From: Octopus vulgaris
Lineage: Eukaryota
Direction: 5' to 3'
DNA: 64,000 nt
NCBI GenBank assembly: GCA_951406725.2
Contig: OX597826.1
Location: 3,596,001 to 3,660,000 of the forward strand
A model generated the notes under the pieces. It ran no database searches. It saw only the letters and a program-made list of their open reading frames with translations, and had not been told where the DNA came from. Below, one piece after another: positions 13,801 to 27,792 of the stretch. Position numbers and translations under genes: made by a program. Each line of letters begins with the position of its first letter. Position 1 is the first letter of the stretch.

Positions 13801-13940
13801 TATATATTTGTATATGGAGAAAGCCAGATCCTTATATGTATTCATACATTTCATAATACCACTATATGTGTGTTGGTATTATGTATTTTGTGTGAATTTA
13901 GCTACAATTATACACTGAGAGGTGTATATATATATATATA

Positions 13941-14515
13941 CAGATACGCAAGAAGTAAATAGACGCCTTAAGTTTTCAAAATTTCTAATCTAAGCGTCTT
14001 AGTATGTTTTCAACGGTATAGAATTTATAATGTAATTATTCTTTTTTATTCCATTATGTTATATTAAATATTTGCGAAGAGTAACCATGCCACGCACAAA
14101 AAATTCAGCAGAACTGTCAGATTTTCAAAGAGATCTTATAGGTGGGCAATCTGAGGCTGGTCTTAGCCAGTGAAAAATTACCGAAAATATTCAAATTCCT
14201 ATGCTACCGTTAATAGAATTATAGTGCAATTTAAAAGCCAAGGAAATGTATCAATAGATTCTCCTCCCGGCCAACCTGGCCCCTCGGAAAGAAAGCTTCA
14301 CTGTTTGAAGAGAATTGTGAAAAATGAACCCCATTCGAAGGCTTCTGACATTGCTAAACAGCTAGAAGTTAGTCCAAGAACGTGTGTTACATATCTGCAT
14401 AAGCTTCGGTATTATGGACGAGCAGCTAATAAAAAAAAAACCTCTCCTTCAACCAATTAACATCAAAGACAATATTTTGAAATTTAAACATGTCTATTTA
14501 CTTCCTGCATATCTG
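13941..14515 (+). mobile_element. internally deleted Tc1-like DNA transposon
   Basis: ~42-bp TIRs (CAGATACGCAAGAAGTAAATAGAC / GTCTATTTACTTCCTGCATATCTG) in TA context. Disrupted ORF from ATG 14087: MPRTKNSAELSDFQR...YATVNRII...PGQPG...VSPRT...GRAA.KKPLL (paired HTH); DDE domain deleted. Confidence 0.85.
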
Positions 14516-14523
14516 TGTACATA

Positions 14524-14631
<108 letters not shown>

Positions 14632-14849
14632 AATAAGGAAATGGTGGGGATCAATACGTGGTATTCATCAATTTTAGACATTATATTATGTCGATTTATT
14701 TATTTATTTACTAAAATGACAATTACAATGTACTTGCAATGCAATAAAGAAAACTTGTGCATGGGTATTCTACCAGCAGTATATTGAATAGATATTATCT
14801 CTTAGTTGGTTGGATTCACAACCTCTAACTTTCTTGGAATATATCCAGT

Positions 14850-15085
14850 ACTTTTTTTTTACCTTTACTTTTTTAAGCCTGGTAGTATTCTACCGGTTTC
14901 TATTGCCAAAACGCTAAGTTACGGGGATGTAAGCACACCAACACCGATTGTTAAACGGTAGTGGCAGATAAACACAGTGACAAAATCATGTAGGTATGTA
15001 CGTGTAGGACGGGCATCATTCAGTTTCTGTCAACGAAACCCATTCACAAGGATTTGGTCGGCCTGAGGTTATAGTAGAAGGCAAA
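14850..15085 (-). mobile_element. degenerate partial SINE family A
   Basis: CGCTAAGTTACGGGGATGTAA and TTTGGTCGGCCTGAGGTTATAGTAGAAG matches. Confidence 0.65.
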
Positions 15086-15149
15086 TATAGTTTTGTTTTA
15101 GCTTCTGCTATTGTTCCTTCTGTAGTTGTTGGTACTCATGATGTTGTTG

Positions 15150-15398
15150 GTGAAAGGTATGAGAGTCCAGTTTGCTGGATATTGTTGTAGAGCTGAAAAA
15201 GAGGTAATTTCTACTCTTCTCCTCTGGAAGCCATCTACTCGCAACACTAGAGGGCGCACACTCTCCTACCCTGATGTAATCTCCAGGGATACAGGCATCC
15301 AGCAACAGGACCTCCGTAATGCCATGATGGACCGTGAAGTCTGGCGTAGCATGGTAAATTCCATTGTCTCGACCACGGTCGAACAATGATTATGATGG
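15150..15398 (+). mobile_element. 5'-truncated RTE-group LINE 3' end
   Basis: RVQFAGYCCRAEKEVISTLLLWKP...RGRTLSYPDVISRDTG...AMMDREVWR, then stop and (TGA)n-like tail. Confidence 0.75.
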
Positions 15399-15789
15399 TG
15401 GTGTAGCTGTTGATATTGTTAAAGATGATATTTCTAGTCATACTTTTAGTTACTCGGATTTATGTCGATAATGGGTAAATCTCTCTGGAGACGAAAATTA
15501 GATTCTTGCAGGTCTGACGGTCAAATGATTGTTCTTTCTCATCGTTCCCTCGAGGATTTGTGAAGTAAACCATGTTAGATTGAGTGTTTTCCCGAAATCA
15601 CATGAAAATCCTATATCCTCGTTTTAGAACATGTTACTTATAATTCACTACTCCGAAAACACGCGTTGCAGAATGAAGGTCAGACACAGAGATACAGAGA
15701 GATACAGTGAGATAAATTGACAGATTTATATATAGATAGATAGATAGATAAACAGGCAGACAGATAGATAGATAGAAAGATAGATAGAT

Positions 15790-15823
<34 letters not shown>

Positions 15824-15832
15824 GTAGATAGG

Positions 15833-15880
<48 letters not shown>

Positions 15881-16250
15881 CAGATAGATAGATAGATAGA
15901 TAGATAGGTAGATAGATAGATAGATAAACAGACAGACAGACAGACAGATAGATAGATAGACAGACAGACAGACAGTTAGATAGATAGATAGCTACATACA
16001 TACATACATACATACATACATACATACATACATACATGCATAATACACATATATTTACACACATACATACATACAGACAGACAGACTGACTTACGTGCAT
16101 GCATACATATAAATATATAATCTGCTATACACCTTGTAGTATGCTGCTTAAAGCCCGTTCACAGTATTCGGCTACCTGACGTGAACAGTATAGTGGTATG
16201 TCACTAGCATTTCTCCAAAAATTACTTCTTGTCTGTAGAGTTTATAAAAC

Positions 16251-16391
16251 AGATGAGAGGAAGAAAATGGAATTCACCAAACTCTTTATTTATAACTACA
16301 AAATCCGTTCTGACTATTCATGCATCGGTACATTAAATGTCAGATGTTGAACAAAGAGTTTCGTGAATCCCATTTTCTTTCTCTCATAGTG
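16251..16391. mobile_element. small MITE-like element
   Basis: ~35-bp imperfect inverted repeats ATGAGAGGAAGAAAATGGAATTCACCAAACTCTTT / AAAGAGTTTCGTGAATCCCATTTTCTTTCTCTCAT. Confidence 0.55.
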
Positions 16392-17890
16392 TATATGTGT
16401 GTGCGTATAAATGTGTGTGCGTGTTTGTGTACATACTGGTTTATGGATGTATGTACCTTATAAGTAGTGAGATCCAAATGTCACGTTAAAAAAAAGGGTC
16501 AAATTTTAGCATAGGCAGCGTATGTATAGATAATGCAAGAGGGCACGATAATCAATCAACAAATTTTATCAATTTCTGATTCCCATGCACTTCGGTCAAT
16601 ATCGAAATTACGCAGAAATTCTGATAAGAAGAATGCTACTATGAAACTCTAGTATATAGCAACAAAAATTGCCTATAATGTGATAATTAAGTCCGACAAT
16701 GAAAGCAATTGAACATGTAGTTATGGACTACATTTCTTTCGTAAGTTGAACCAATCGCATAAAAGGACTTCCCACGACTTCTTTGCCGTAATTACTTCGC
16801 CAAGAGAAATATGAACAAATTTATATTTTTCAATACTGGAAAAGGGGATAGTAATAGGAATTGGTGGATTAACCGATGATTCCAGTGAAATGGAATGGGC
16901 TATGGTTTTAAGCAAGTTAGTCCCTTATATATATGTAAAGGAATTTATGGGGTGACTTAGATATTTCTTAGCTGATTCATATTTCTAATCAAATGTGTAT
17001 GAATCTGAAAAGAGGCGACAAAGTGGAAAAGTCAGAATACACAACGGGTTGCTAATCACTTAAAGAGCATAAAGTGAGATTGGAGAATGTTAAGAGGAAA
17101 GATGTTCCTCAAAAAACCTTTTTTGAGTATTCAAGAGATACATATACTCTTAATAAGAATCCTGCTGTGTTGGTTGTGTTGCGAATGCTATAAAAGCTAT
17201 CGATGTATTTAAAATAATAATGCAGAAAGGAAATTTGGCTTACGACTCATTATTCAAATATCACGTTTTCCTTTTCGGGAGTCTGAATTTAGTAAATCAG
17301 GATTATATCTGTTTTATATATATTTTGTATGTAATGTTTCAGCAATATTTCAGTCTTGCAGTGTGAAGCATGCAAAGCTAACTTGTGAAAATATGTAATT
17401 TTTATGGGATTTTTGTTATGGGTAGAGATACCATGATCCAAAAAGGCAATAGTCAATGTAATATTTAATTTGCTGGCGTGGGAGAAAGACTGTGATTTAA
17501 AAAAATGTCAATGATCATATAAAAATAACTCTTTGAAGAAATAAGTTAAGAAAGCTATAAGGAAAAATAAGAAGGACAAGATTGAATTACATAATTGTTA
17601 ATACACTAATAAGGATCGTTCCCATTTGCTACAGATCATCAGGAAGCAAATTCATCGTAGAACGTGGGTGTTGTAAATAAGCTATAACATAAATCGAAAC
17701 AACATTATACATATATATATATATGACCTTTTAACTATACTAGGGTGCATAAATTAGAGATATTTATATTGCTCTCAAATTTTGAGCACGAAAGTGTCAG
17801 GTAATTTACATCCTTAATAGTGAGATCGCGAATTTCACATACAAACACACACACAAACACACGTACATATTAATACATAAATACACACAT

Positions 17891-17955
<65 letters not shown>

Positions 17956-17967
17956 ATATATATATAT

Positions 17968-18240
17968 GATGGGAACAATGCAAACGGAAGGAAGAGTATA
18001 CTGGAAACTTTAATTATCGTTGTGATAAAGTTTCCAGTATACACTATGTTCCGTATAAATTGTTTCTACTTTACTCATCCCGCACTGAGGAATTCCTTAC
18101 TTAGATCCAGCGATGACTGAGCAATTACCGCGGATGACTCTAAGTAGCGGTAAGGAGTAAACTTGCTTCGCCGGGCATGCTACAGGAGACATAATCAAAG
18201 TGCATTTAAAAAATTAATCTAAATCTGAACTTTAATTATA
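17968..18240 (+). mobile_element. short element in (TA)n with a hairpin and a hammerhead-like motif
   Basis: 17-bp stem at 17996-18042; cccgca-CTGAGGA-attccttac...gtaaggagt-AAAC...ccggg at 18079-18175. Confidence 0.45.
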
Positions 18241-18266
18241 ACACATACACAAATATATATATATAA

Positions 18267-18319
<53 letters not shown>

Positions 18320-18326
18320 CATGCAT

Positions 18327-18431
<105 letters not shown>

Positions 18432-18534
18432 GTTTTGTATTTGGTTTGCGGGATTCTTCATGTCAGTTCGTTTGTAGAAGTACATTTTATATTTTTTTCA
18501 TTTTTTATAGGCATTTATATGTATATAATGTATA

Positions 18535-18748
18535 TAGTTAAAAACAAAATGAAGATAAAACACAAGAGAACACAACAACGCGGAGACGCGGTACATGCAA
18601 ATTATTAAAAGACGCTCCGGGAAGGTAAAAACTGGTATTTTACGTTTCGAGCAAAGCTGTTCGTCAGAAACAGGAGAGAGAGAGTAAAGCCCAAAAGAAG
18701 AGGAAAACGGAGGGAAAAAGATGCTAACATTCCAATGTAGTTACATTC
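18535..18748 (-). mobile_element. hammerhead-bearing short element family H1
   Basis: Homologous to 60378-60587; flanked by TA-rich repeats. Confidence 0.7.
18637..18671 (-). ncRNA. minimal type-I hammerhead ribozyme motif
   Basis: gttt-CTGACGA-acagctttgctc-GAAA-cGTA-aaat: canonical CUGANGA and GAAA boxes, ACGT palindrome, GUA triplet. Confidence 0.65.
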
Positions 18749-18810
<62 letters not shown>

Positions 18811-19259
18811 GTGTATACTTTTAGGAATATATATATGTGTATGTATATACGTGTATATAAATGTATGCATCGATGGCTGATGGATGGATTGATGGCTGTT
18901 TGTGTGTATGTATATTCGTGTGTGTTGTCTCTCTGTTTATTTCTGTTTATACATATCTAACAAAGATTACATTACAATTTCATACTCCACCACCTACAGC
19001 TTTTCTCACACTAGCTTACTTTAAATTAAATCCCATGTTCTCTCCAACCCTCATGCCAACTGCGATATGACTGAATAATTTTTCATCAGATCATAAGTGG
19101 TCATTAGACCTTATAAACTATAAATATGTGTGTGCACAAGTGTAACCTATAATTATCACTGCATGTGAATTTATAGGTAAATGTGTGTTCTTCTCTGCTT
19201 GTGTTTTTGTGAGCATCTGGCTGTATATATATATATATATATATATATATGCTTTTCAG

Positions 19260-19469
19260 CATGTGTACTTCGTAAACACCAGTCGCGTTTTTTTTCCCTC
19301 TTTCGCCCACTTCGGGATCTTTCTTCTTTCTTCCTTCTCTTATGTTTCCGACGAAGAGCTCCGCTCGAAACGTCATACCCTCCTTCTTCCATTTTCCTGA
19401 CCGCCTAATAATAATAATACTGTAATTGTTCCATGTGTTGTTGTTTTTTCTCTTTTCCCGTTTGGATTA

Positions 19470-19473
<4 letters not shown>
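19260..19473 (+). mobile_element. hammerhead-bearing short element family H1
   Basis: gttt-CCGACGA-agagctccgctc-GAAA-cGTC at 19344-19378; between (TA)n tracts. Confidence 0.75.
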
Positions 19474-19530
<57 letters not shown>

Positions 19531-19534
<4 letters not shown>

Positions 19535-19717
19535 GGGAGTTTACGAAAAAAACAAAAAACGAAGACAGGTGGTGTACAAAACAAACAGATGTATTAGTGT
19601 AACGCTCAGGAATAGAAAGTCGTTTACGTTTCGACCCTACACTCTTCTACAGAAAGGGACACAGAAAAAAAAAGGAGAGAGAAAAAATGTGTATAGTGGC
19701 TAACTATCTATCATGGC

Positions 19718-19720
<3 letters not shown>
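19531..19720 (-). mobile_element. hammerhead-like short element family H2
   Basis: Minus strand cttt-CTGTAGA-agagtgtagggtc-GAAA-cgta; second copy at 32547-32650; (TA)n on both sides. Confidence 0.6.
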
Positions 19721-19762
<42 letters not shown>

Positions 19763-22207
19763 AACTATTTTCAATGTTGATATTTTGATGATTTAGTTCT
19801 ACAGAAAGGAAACAATACCACAGAGAGAAAACTATACATACATGCTAGGATAGTCGTTTCGTGCATGATACCGGAGCGGAAAATTTAAGTATGGGTTATA
19901 TTTTCGTGCTAAATAACTTACGAAAAGAGGATTGCTAAATCCGCATATAAGTTTTTTTTTAATAGAATATTTTGTACTTTTCGGTTGTTTATAACGAATA
20001 TTTTTCTTGTATTGACAAAATATATTTGTGAATGACTATTTCATTGTTTATAGTGTAAGGACGTGTGCTAAATACATGCGCTTGATATACCTATTTTCAA
20101 TAACGTATGTATACACATGTGTCAGTGCTTGTACGATAATACAATACTTAAATGTTGTTCTTTCTCGCGGCAGAATTGTGCGACAATCCAAAGCCACGAC
20201 AGATATTTGTAACACATTTTGGCTACGTTTGTGCCATATAAATGAATAAGAAGTAAAATTCCTGGCTGTGATGTCGTTCGAAATATACCTTATGGTAGCT
20301 TCCAATATCATATCGAGGAAAATGTTATACATATATGTTACATTGTCCGCTGGCCGTATTGTAGTTGGTGAAGCAAATCGGCAAATTCAAAAATACATAC
20401 GTTCCCCAAAATTGTGTGAGTCTATGTGTGAGTGCTTGTGCTTGTCTGTGTGTGCATTTATATATATATATAAGTGTGTGTGTGTGTGGGTGAAAGGTAC
20501 AGATATATATAGTTGTATATATAATGGATAAGCATTCCAATGCATTTTTTACGCACTCACACACTCATATGTAATACACACACACACACGCACGCACACA
20601 CACGCACAAACACACACACACACGCGCACACACACACACACACACACAGACACATACACACATATATATGTATGCGTGTTTGTTTGCATGTAGGTGTGCG
20701 TTTTTGTGTGCTTATGTGTATGTGTGTGCATGTGTGTATTTATATATGTAGGCGTACACACACTTACACGTGTAAGAATTGATTGGAATGTTTATCCATT
20801 TGCAAATATAAACACCTTAGACATGTAAATATGTGAAAATGTGTTCGTAAGTGCATGTATAGATGCGTGTTAAAGAGATACAGTTTGCGTGCCTGTGTAT
20901 GGTATGCGTGTGTGTGCGTATGTGCGTATGCAATGTTGTCAGTGTGTGTGTGTTCGTGCGTGTTTTTCTAGCTAACTTCATTTCAAGTCAGCAACGAGAA
21001 ACGATGCTATAGAGAATTAGGAGATCAGCCTGTAATTTCTGAATGTCTGTTTATTTGAACTGCTGTTATCATGTGATGACCGATAACACACGTAAACAAA
21101 TCTCTCACGATGGCTTCCTTAGATCTTGGCAAAGCTGTCATCGCTTTTCTTCATTATCGAAGGCGATAAAGAATGATTGAGAGAGAGAGAGAGAGAGAAA
21201 ACAAAATATATATATAATAAAAGAGAAGCAGAGAGGCGGGTGTAATTGAGGAGGAGCGAAGCGGGGCAAGGATTGAGAGGAAATAAATGGTAAAGAGAAT
21301 GAATTGGAGAAAATAAATAGATGAAAGGAAGGGTGGTGGAGGTGATATGGAAAATGAGAATGGAAAAGAGTAAATAGGATAATACGCTGAAGCATGTGGA
21401 GAAGGAACTTGTGTAAATTCTTAATGGTTCTGTTATATAATGAAACGTTTACTCAATCCAGAATATAAGACCATCCATTTCTATTTAATTTATTTGTTCG
21501 TTTATGCATCTCACGTGAATTCCGGATATCCGATTCTATAACCATAAGTTTCCAAAAAAAGAAAAGGTAGAAAGAAAAAGAAAAAATCGTAAAACGAGCA
21601 ATTGGCCGGGCATTTTCTGGTTCGTTTCCTTTCAGCCTTTTGGAAACTATTTGTAAATCCTGTGATTCGAAGATTATTGCGGTCAAATAAACGAGATTCG
21701 TAGAGATAAGTATAGAATCAATGACTTGAGCAAGGACATCACTTAAAAACTGATGAGGTTTAATTCATTTATTGATTTATTTGAAGAGTTACCTTTCCTG
21801 CAACGGAGGAATGAGCATTACATCTCGGTGGACACTCGAGACACTAGATATGCTAACCATAATTTCCCTCAATTTAAGAATTGCTGTCATATTCAGAGGA
21901 AGAACAACGACGAATACACTCATGTTATACGAAATGACTGGAGAGTAATGACCGTCGCAAATTCCTGCAGAGGTTGAACGGATCTGAACTTCATAAACGC
22001 AACATTAATAAGAACCACACAAACAAAAAATCCAGGCAATGGACAAAATATTCTATTGATCAATTAATACAATAATGATAATCCCAAAAGCAATGTTTTT
22101 TCAATAGGTTCAAATGACGCAAGGGTCGACTATGGCTTTTATACTTTCGGAATCGAAACAATAAGTACCAGTTGAGCACTGGGTCGATGTAAACGAGTAA
22201 GACCCTA

Positions 22208-22332
<125 letters not shown>

Positions 22333-22408
22333 TATGCATATGTATATATATATGTATATATATACATATATATATATGTATGTATGTATATATACACACA
22401 TATACATC

Positions 22409-22530
<122 letters not shown>

Positions 22531-22669
22531 CATAAGTGCAGCCTTTCAACATTTAAATTTAATTCGCCAAAATATTTTCGTCGCTTTGAGAACGCAACCG
22601 GTTCACTGACAAAATTCCGTGGTCCATCTCAGAAAGTAACAGTTAGTTCATGATATATATGTACGTATA

Positions 22670-22897
22670 GATGGCGAGCTGGCAGAAACGTTAGCACGCC
22701 GGGCGAAATGCGTAGGAGTATTTCGTCTGCCGTTACGTTCTGAGTTCAAATTCCGCTGAATTCTGTCTTTCATACTTTCGGGGTCGTTTAAATAAGTACC
22801 TGTTACGCACTGGGGTCGATATAATCGATTTAATCCGTTTGTCTGTCCTTGTTTGTTCCCTCTATTGTTTAGCCCCTTGTGGGTAATAAAGAGACAT
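22670..22897 (+). mobile_element. SINE family B, long-tail type
   Basis: Match to 13570-13800. Confidence 0.9.
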
Positions 22898-22934
22898 ATA
22901 TATATAAATCAATGCTTTCCACTCTGGCCAGTAG

Positions 22935-23266
<332 letters not shown>

Positions 23267-23754
23267 AAATTAATAGAAGGTGAAATGAACTTGCAGATTG
23301 CTTCACATATTGTACGCATTATTTCATTGACTCGATCCAACATTTGTTGTGTTCCTGCACATTTTTCAGTTTAGTGGGTTTGAGAGTACTCCGAGGCTGT
23401 TGTACTCAGAACATTATGACGGTTGAAAATGCCGGTAAGCATTTTATCTGGCTTCTTATGGAGCCTGCCAGCTTACCTCTTCATTAAATCCTAATCATAA
23501 CGATTACACATTTTAACACAAGGCCAGCAATTTTACGGCAGCTAATAAGCTGTTTACATTCGCACCACAAGTCTAGAATTACCTATTTCAACGGGTTAAC
23601 GATTTTGACCACGTGCGATTTAAGAAAATAACAGGAATACGTCTTTCTGGTATATGCGCAAAGCCCTAAATTTCGGGTAAGGTCGGCTTGACGATCATGT
23701 TGTATCCCTGACTCAAATAGCACTTATCTTGTCGACTCCGAAAGGATGGATATA

Positions 23755-23962
23755 CTCTTTTAGTCTTTTACTTGTTTCAGTCATTTGACTGTGACCATGC
23801 TGGAGCAACGCCTTTAGTCGGGCAAATCGACCCCAGCACAGTAAGCCTAGAACTTCCTCTATCGGTCTCATTTGCCGAACCGCTAGGTTACGGGGACGTA
23901 AACACACCAGCATCGGTTGTCAAGTGATGTTGGTGGGGGGATAAACTGACACACAAACGTAT

Positions 23963-24025
<63 letters not shown>

Positions 24026-24181
24026 TACGACGGTCTTCTTTCAGTTCCCGTCCACTCACAAGGCTTTGGTCGGCCTGAGGCTATAGTAGAAGATACTTGC
24101 CCAAGGTGCCACGCAGTGGGACTGAACATGGAATCATGTGGTTCGTAAGTAAGCTACTTACCACACAGCCACTTCTGCGCC
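23755..24181 (-). mobile_element. SINE family A, full length, among decayed minus-strand family B copies (23390-24605)
   Basis: Match to family A. Confidence 0.9.
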
Positions 24182-25796
24182 TATGTTCCATATTTTGGTA
24201 TAAGTCCAACAACTTGAGTGTTTGATGTTCAATCGCTTACATTGACCCCCACTACGGAACTGGTACAGCATTTTTTTCGAGCTTGAATGAATGAAATGTC
24301 ATTTAATTTTGGAGATCTTCCAATACCTGAAGTTTAGTGCAAGAAGAAATGGAGCAGAGCATATTTTCTTACATGCTAATGATTCTTCCACGCCAGTAGA
24401 TATTTATGCTTCCTAACCGTGGCACAAATCCAACAAGTTTTAGGTATAATTATAAGTTGATTACATCGATGCTAGTACTTCATTTTGTCGTCTGCGAAAG
24501 GGCGAATTGAAAAACCCATTGCGATGACAGGTCAAAAAACGCGTCGGAATAAATATTGCTTGGTATTTTGTCCGGCACGCTAATGATCCCATCAGCTCAC
24601 TGCCCTTCTGCTATACATGATAATAACAATACTTGTTTCCTGTCTAATAGACTGACCGTGTAATTCCATGCTCCGGCGATCTCACCACGATTCGCATGAT
24701 GATTTCCTACTGATTTGGGTTTTAAATTACGTTAAGTGTTCACGTATCTCTGAAACATTCAACCACGTGGCTGTTAATTAAACGAGTAGGTAGTTCTGCG
24801 GATCGGAACATGGAATGATTGTAGATAACCAGAACTTAATAATTGACCCAAATACAGGTGCAAACAATTGAAGATAAAGAAGGATTGGCAAGTGGTGAAT
24901 ATACAAAGACGGGATGAACACGAAATCGCTACCGAATAAAACTGTGGACCATTTCGTTTTTCTGTATTTCTTTTGTAGTTTAGTTCCGCTTCTATTTTGT
25001 TTCTACCAGAGCAAGACACATTCCTGTAAAAAGCTATTGATTTCCTCTTTATCCAGTTGAATAAAAAGAAATTACAACCTCTTTATAAATTTTTGTACAT
25101 GATTAAGTATTTAAAAATACATATTTCTGAGATTCCAATCGATAAATCGATACAAAAATCTCCAAATTTCAACAAAGTATTTTTTGGAAATATCTATAAT
25201 TAAAAATTAGATAATTTAATTGCATTGATGCAGAACATAAAGAATATGATTCTTTTATAAATTTTATACTTATTTAATGGTAAATACATTAAAACATATT
25301 AAAATATAATACAATTATCTCTGGAAATTATTTAAACCATATGGGTGTCTTTTACTGTTAATAATGTCTCTACTGTGTAACGTTAACTTCTCTCAAGCAC
25401 GTAAGAAATATTTGTTCCCCTCTTCTTATTCTTCACGCCTAAATTGAATAGTTCTGTAAATAATACTTTTATACTTTTCATTTTTTACTTGTATGAGTCA
25501 TAAGGCTGCGGTCATGCTGGGGCACACTTTGACAAGTTTAGTTGAGCAAATAGAAACCCTCTTATTAATTTTTCCTAAACTTGTTTCTTACACTTTCGTC
25601 TCTCTTTGGCAATGCGCTTAATTACGAGGATGTAACGAAATAAATATTTGGTGCCAAGCATTGCTAAGGAGCAAACACTGACTCACACACGCACACACAG
25701 GCACACAATATTTGACTATTTGCTGTAGTCAGTACAAAGTGGTCGCTTATAGGTTTTAAGCTTATAAAATAATATTATTATTTACAGAATATATAT

Positions 25797-25940
25797 AAGT
25801 AGCTTGCTTATCAACCACATGGTGACAGGTTCAGTCCCACTGCATGGCACGTCGAGCAAGTGTCTTCTACTATAGCCTCGGACCGACCAAAGCCTTGTGA
25901 GTGGATTTGGTAGACGGAAACAGAAATACGCCCGTCGTAT
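25797..25940 (+). mobile_element. SINE family A 5' half
   Basis: AGTAGCTTGCTT...GTAGACGGAAAC; ends at the internal (TA)n. Confidence 0.85.
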
Positions 25941-25947
25941 ATACAAG

Positions 25948-25978
<31 letters not shown>

Positions 25979-26019
25979 TTGGTCGGTCCGAGGCTATAGT
26001 ATATATATATATATAAATA

Positions 26020-26155
26020 AAAAGTATAAAAGTATTATTTACAGAACTATTTAATTTAAGCGTGAAGAATAAGAAGAGGGGAACAAATATTTCTTACGTG
26101 CTTGAGAGAAGTTAACGTTACACAGTAGAGACATTATTAACAGTAAAAGACACCC

Positions 26156-26159
<4 letters not shown>
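26020..26159 (-). repeat. 140-bp inverted copy of the unique segment 25339-25478
   Basis: Reverse-complement identity apart from two substitutions seen. Confidence 0.95.
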
Positions 26160-26201
<42 letters not shown>

Positions 26202-26699
26202 ATATACATAGGATGGGCTTCTTTTAGTTACAGTCTCCAAGCTTTAATTGGTCCGGGATTATAACACCAGTCATTTGGCCAATGCTCCAAGCTGTAGGAT
26301 TGAACCCGGAAACTCGTGATTGGGAAGCAAACTTCTTAACACATAGACATGTCTGTCTCTGCTCCCGGCAATATTCAAGCTGTTGGAGCGGACACTTATA
26401 ACAAATAAATGCACGATGTGGATATACATCAGTTTTTTTCCATAAATGTGGTTATCGATTCAACCTTTTTGATTATATGGCGATAATTACGCCATATAAG
26501 GCAAAAGGAGGTATTGTTTATAAATTTTCTGAGTTCAAATTCATTTGCAATTCATTCTTTGTATTCAATGGGGGAAAAAAGCAAGCCTTAGGACCGATAT
26601 AATCGACTAACCACATTCTCATCAAAAATTGCTGGCCTTCAGCGAAAAATTGAAACCATTAATATTATATATATGTATATATATATATATATATATATC

Positions 26700-26797
26700 G
26701 AGGGGCAATGGCCTTTTGCGTGAAAAACTGCGGATTCGTATAAAGGACACACACACACACAGATACACAGACATTTTGCCGTTTATAATTATAGAGA
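26700..26797 (-). mobile_element. Helitron 5' fragment (same family as 45660-46026)
   Basis: Minus strand TCTCTATAATTATAAACGGCAAAATGTCTG...GTCCTTTATACGAATCC. Confidence 0.65.
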
Positions 26798-27792
26798 TTT
26801 TAATGCATTAGACTCTCAAATAAACTTTAGTACTGCATTGATAATTTATCTACCCTAGAAGGAAAAAAAGTGAATTATAGTTCACATGAACTTGACTTGA
26901 ACTCGGATAAAATAAAGAAGAGTCGGTTTTATAATAATCTGTACAATATTCTGCTGATGGCAGCATGTGTACGTATGTTAACCATCAAAGGGAATTTTTT
27001 TAAATGCCGCTTCAAAGGGAAGCAAAAATAGTATTCTATCTTTACTAAAATCCACATTTCTTCATATTTTTTTTAACAAAAAGTGGAAATTAACCTCACT
27101 TTCATCTTTACTTTTCTCAAGGTAAACGCTATTACTTATATAGGTCATGAGATAAGAAGAGAGGAAGAAAGATTTATTACGGTTCCTTCATATCCTATAT
27201 TTTTGTCTTAGACTTCTGTAAAATGTCCTTTTCCAAAAATTATTCTCACATTAAAGAACCATATATTTTCTGTTTTTCTTTTCGTTCTTAGTAAAATTTC
27301 AGAGTGATTCAACAAGTTTTATAATTCATAGTTGTTACTGTTATCTCCACTGGTTGTTTCCCTTTAATGCTTTCATGTGTTGTACCATTCATAATTTCGG
27401 TGTTTTCGAGGCCCCTTTGGTCTCTAACAATTTCATTTTCTAGGGAAAAAAATCTTACATCATTCTGATATTGTTAAATAAAATAAATTTTTCTATAGAA
27501 GATAGTAGATATATGAGGAACTGCACACTTTATGCGAGGGGGTAGGTGGACGGAAAGCAAATATCTTTTAGGTGTTCAAGCCAAAAAAAAACTTTTGGTA
27601 ATACATGAATACGATTTTTTAAAAGTATCAATTTTCACATATTGTACGCATTACGGACATATTCTTACACAATGCAGAACCGTCAACATGAAATTCAAAT
27701 GACCTGTGCCTCTGAAAGATACGAGTTTCCTGCTATGTATTTTCAAATTATTTTCTAGTTAATTTCTCACGAATTCGCATGTTTATTAACAA

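Noticed and set aside
16700-17740. Possible ancient RTE-like RT remnant
   Set aside because: Only faint motif echoes; cannot be supported by eye
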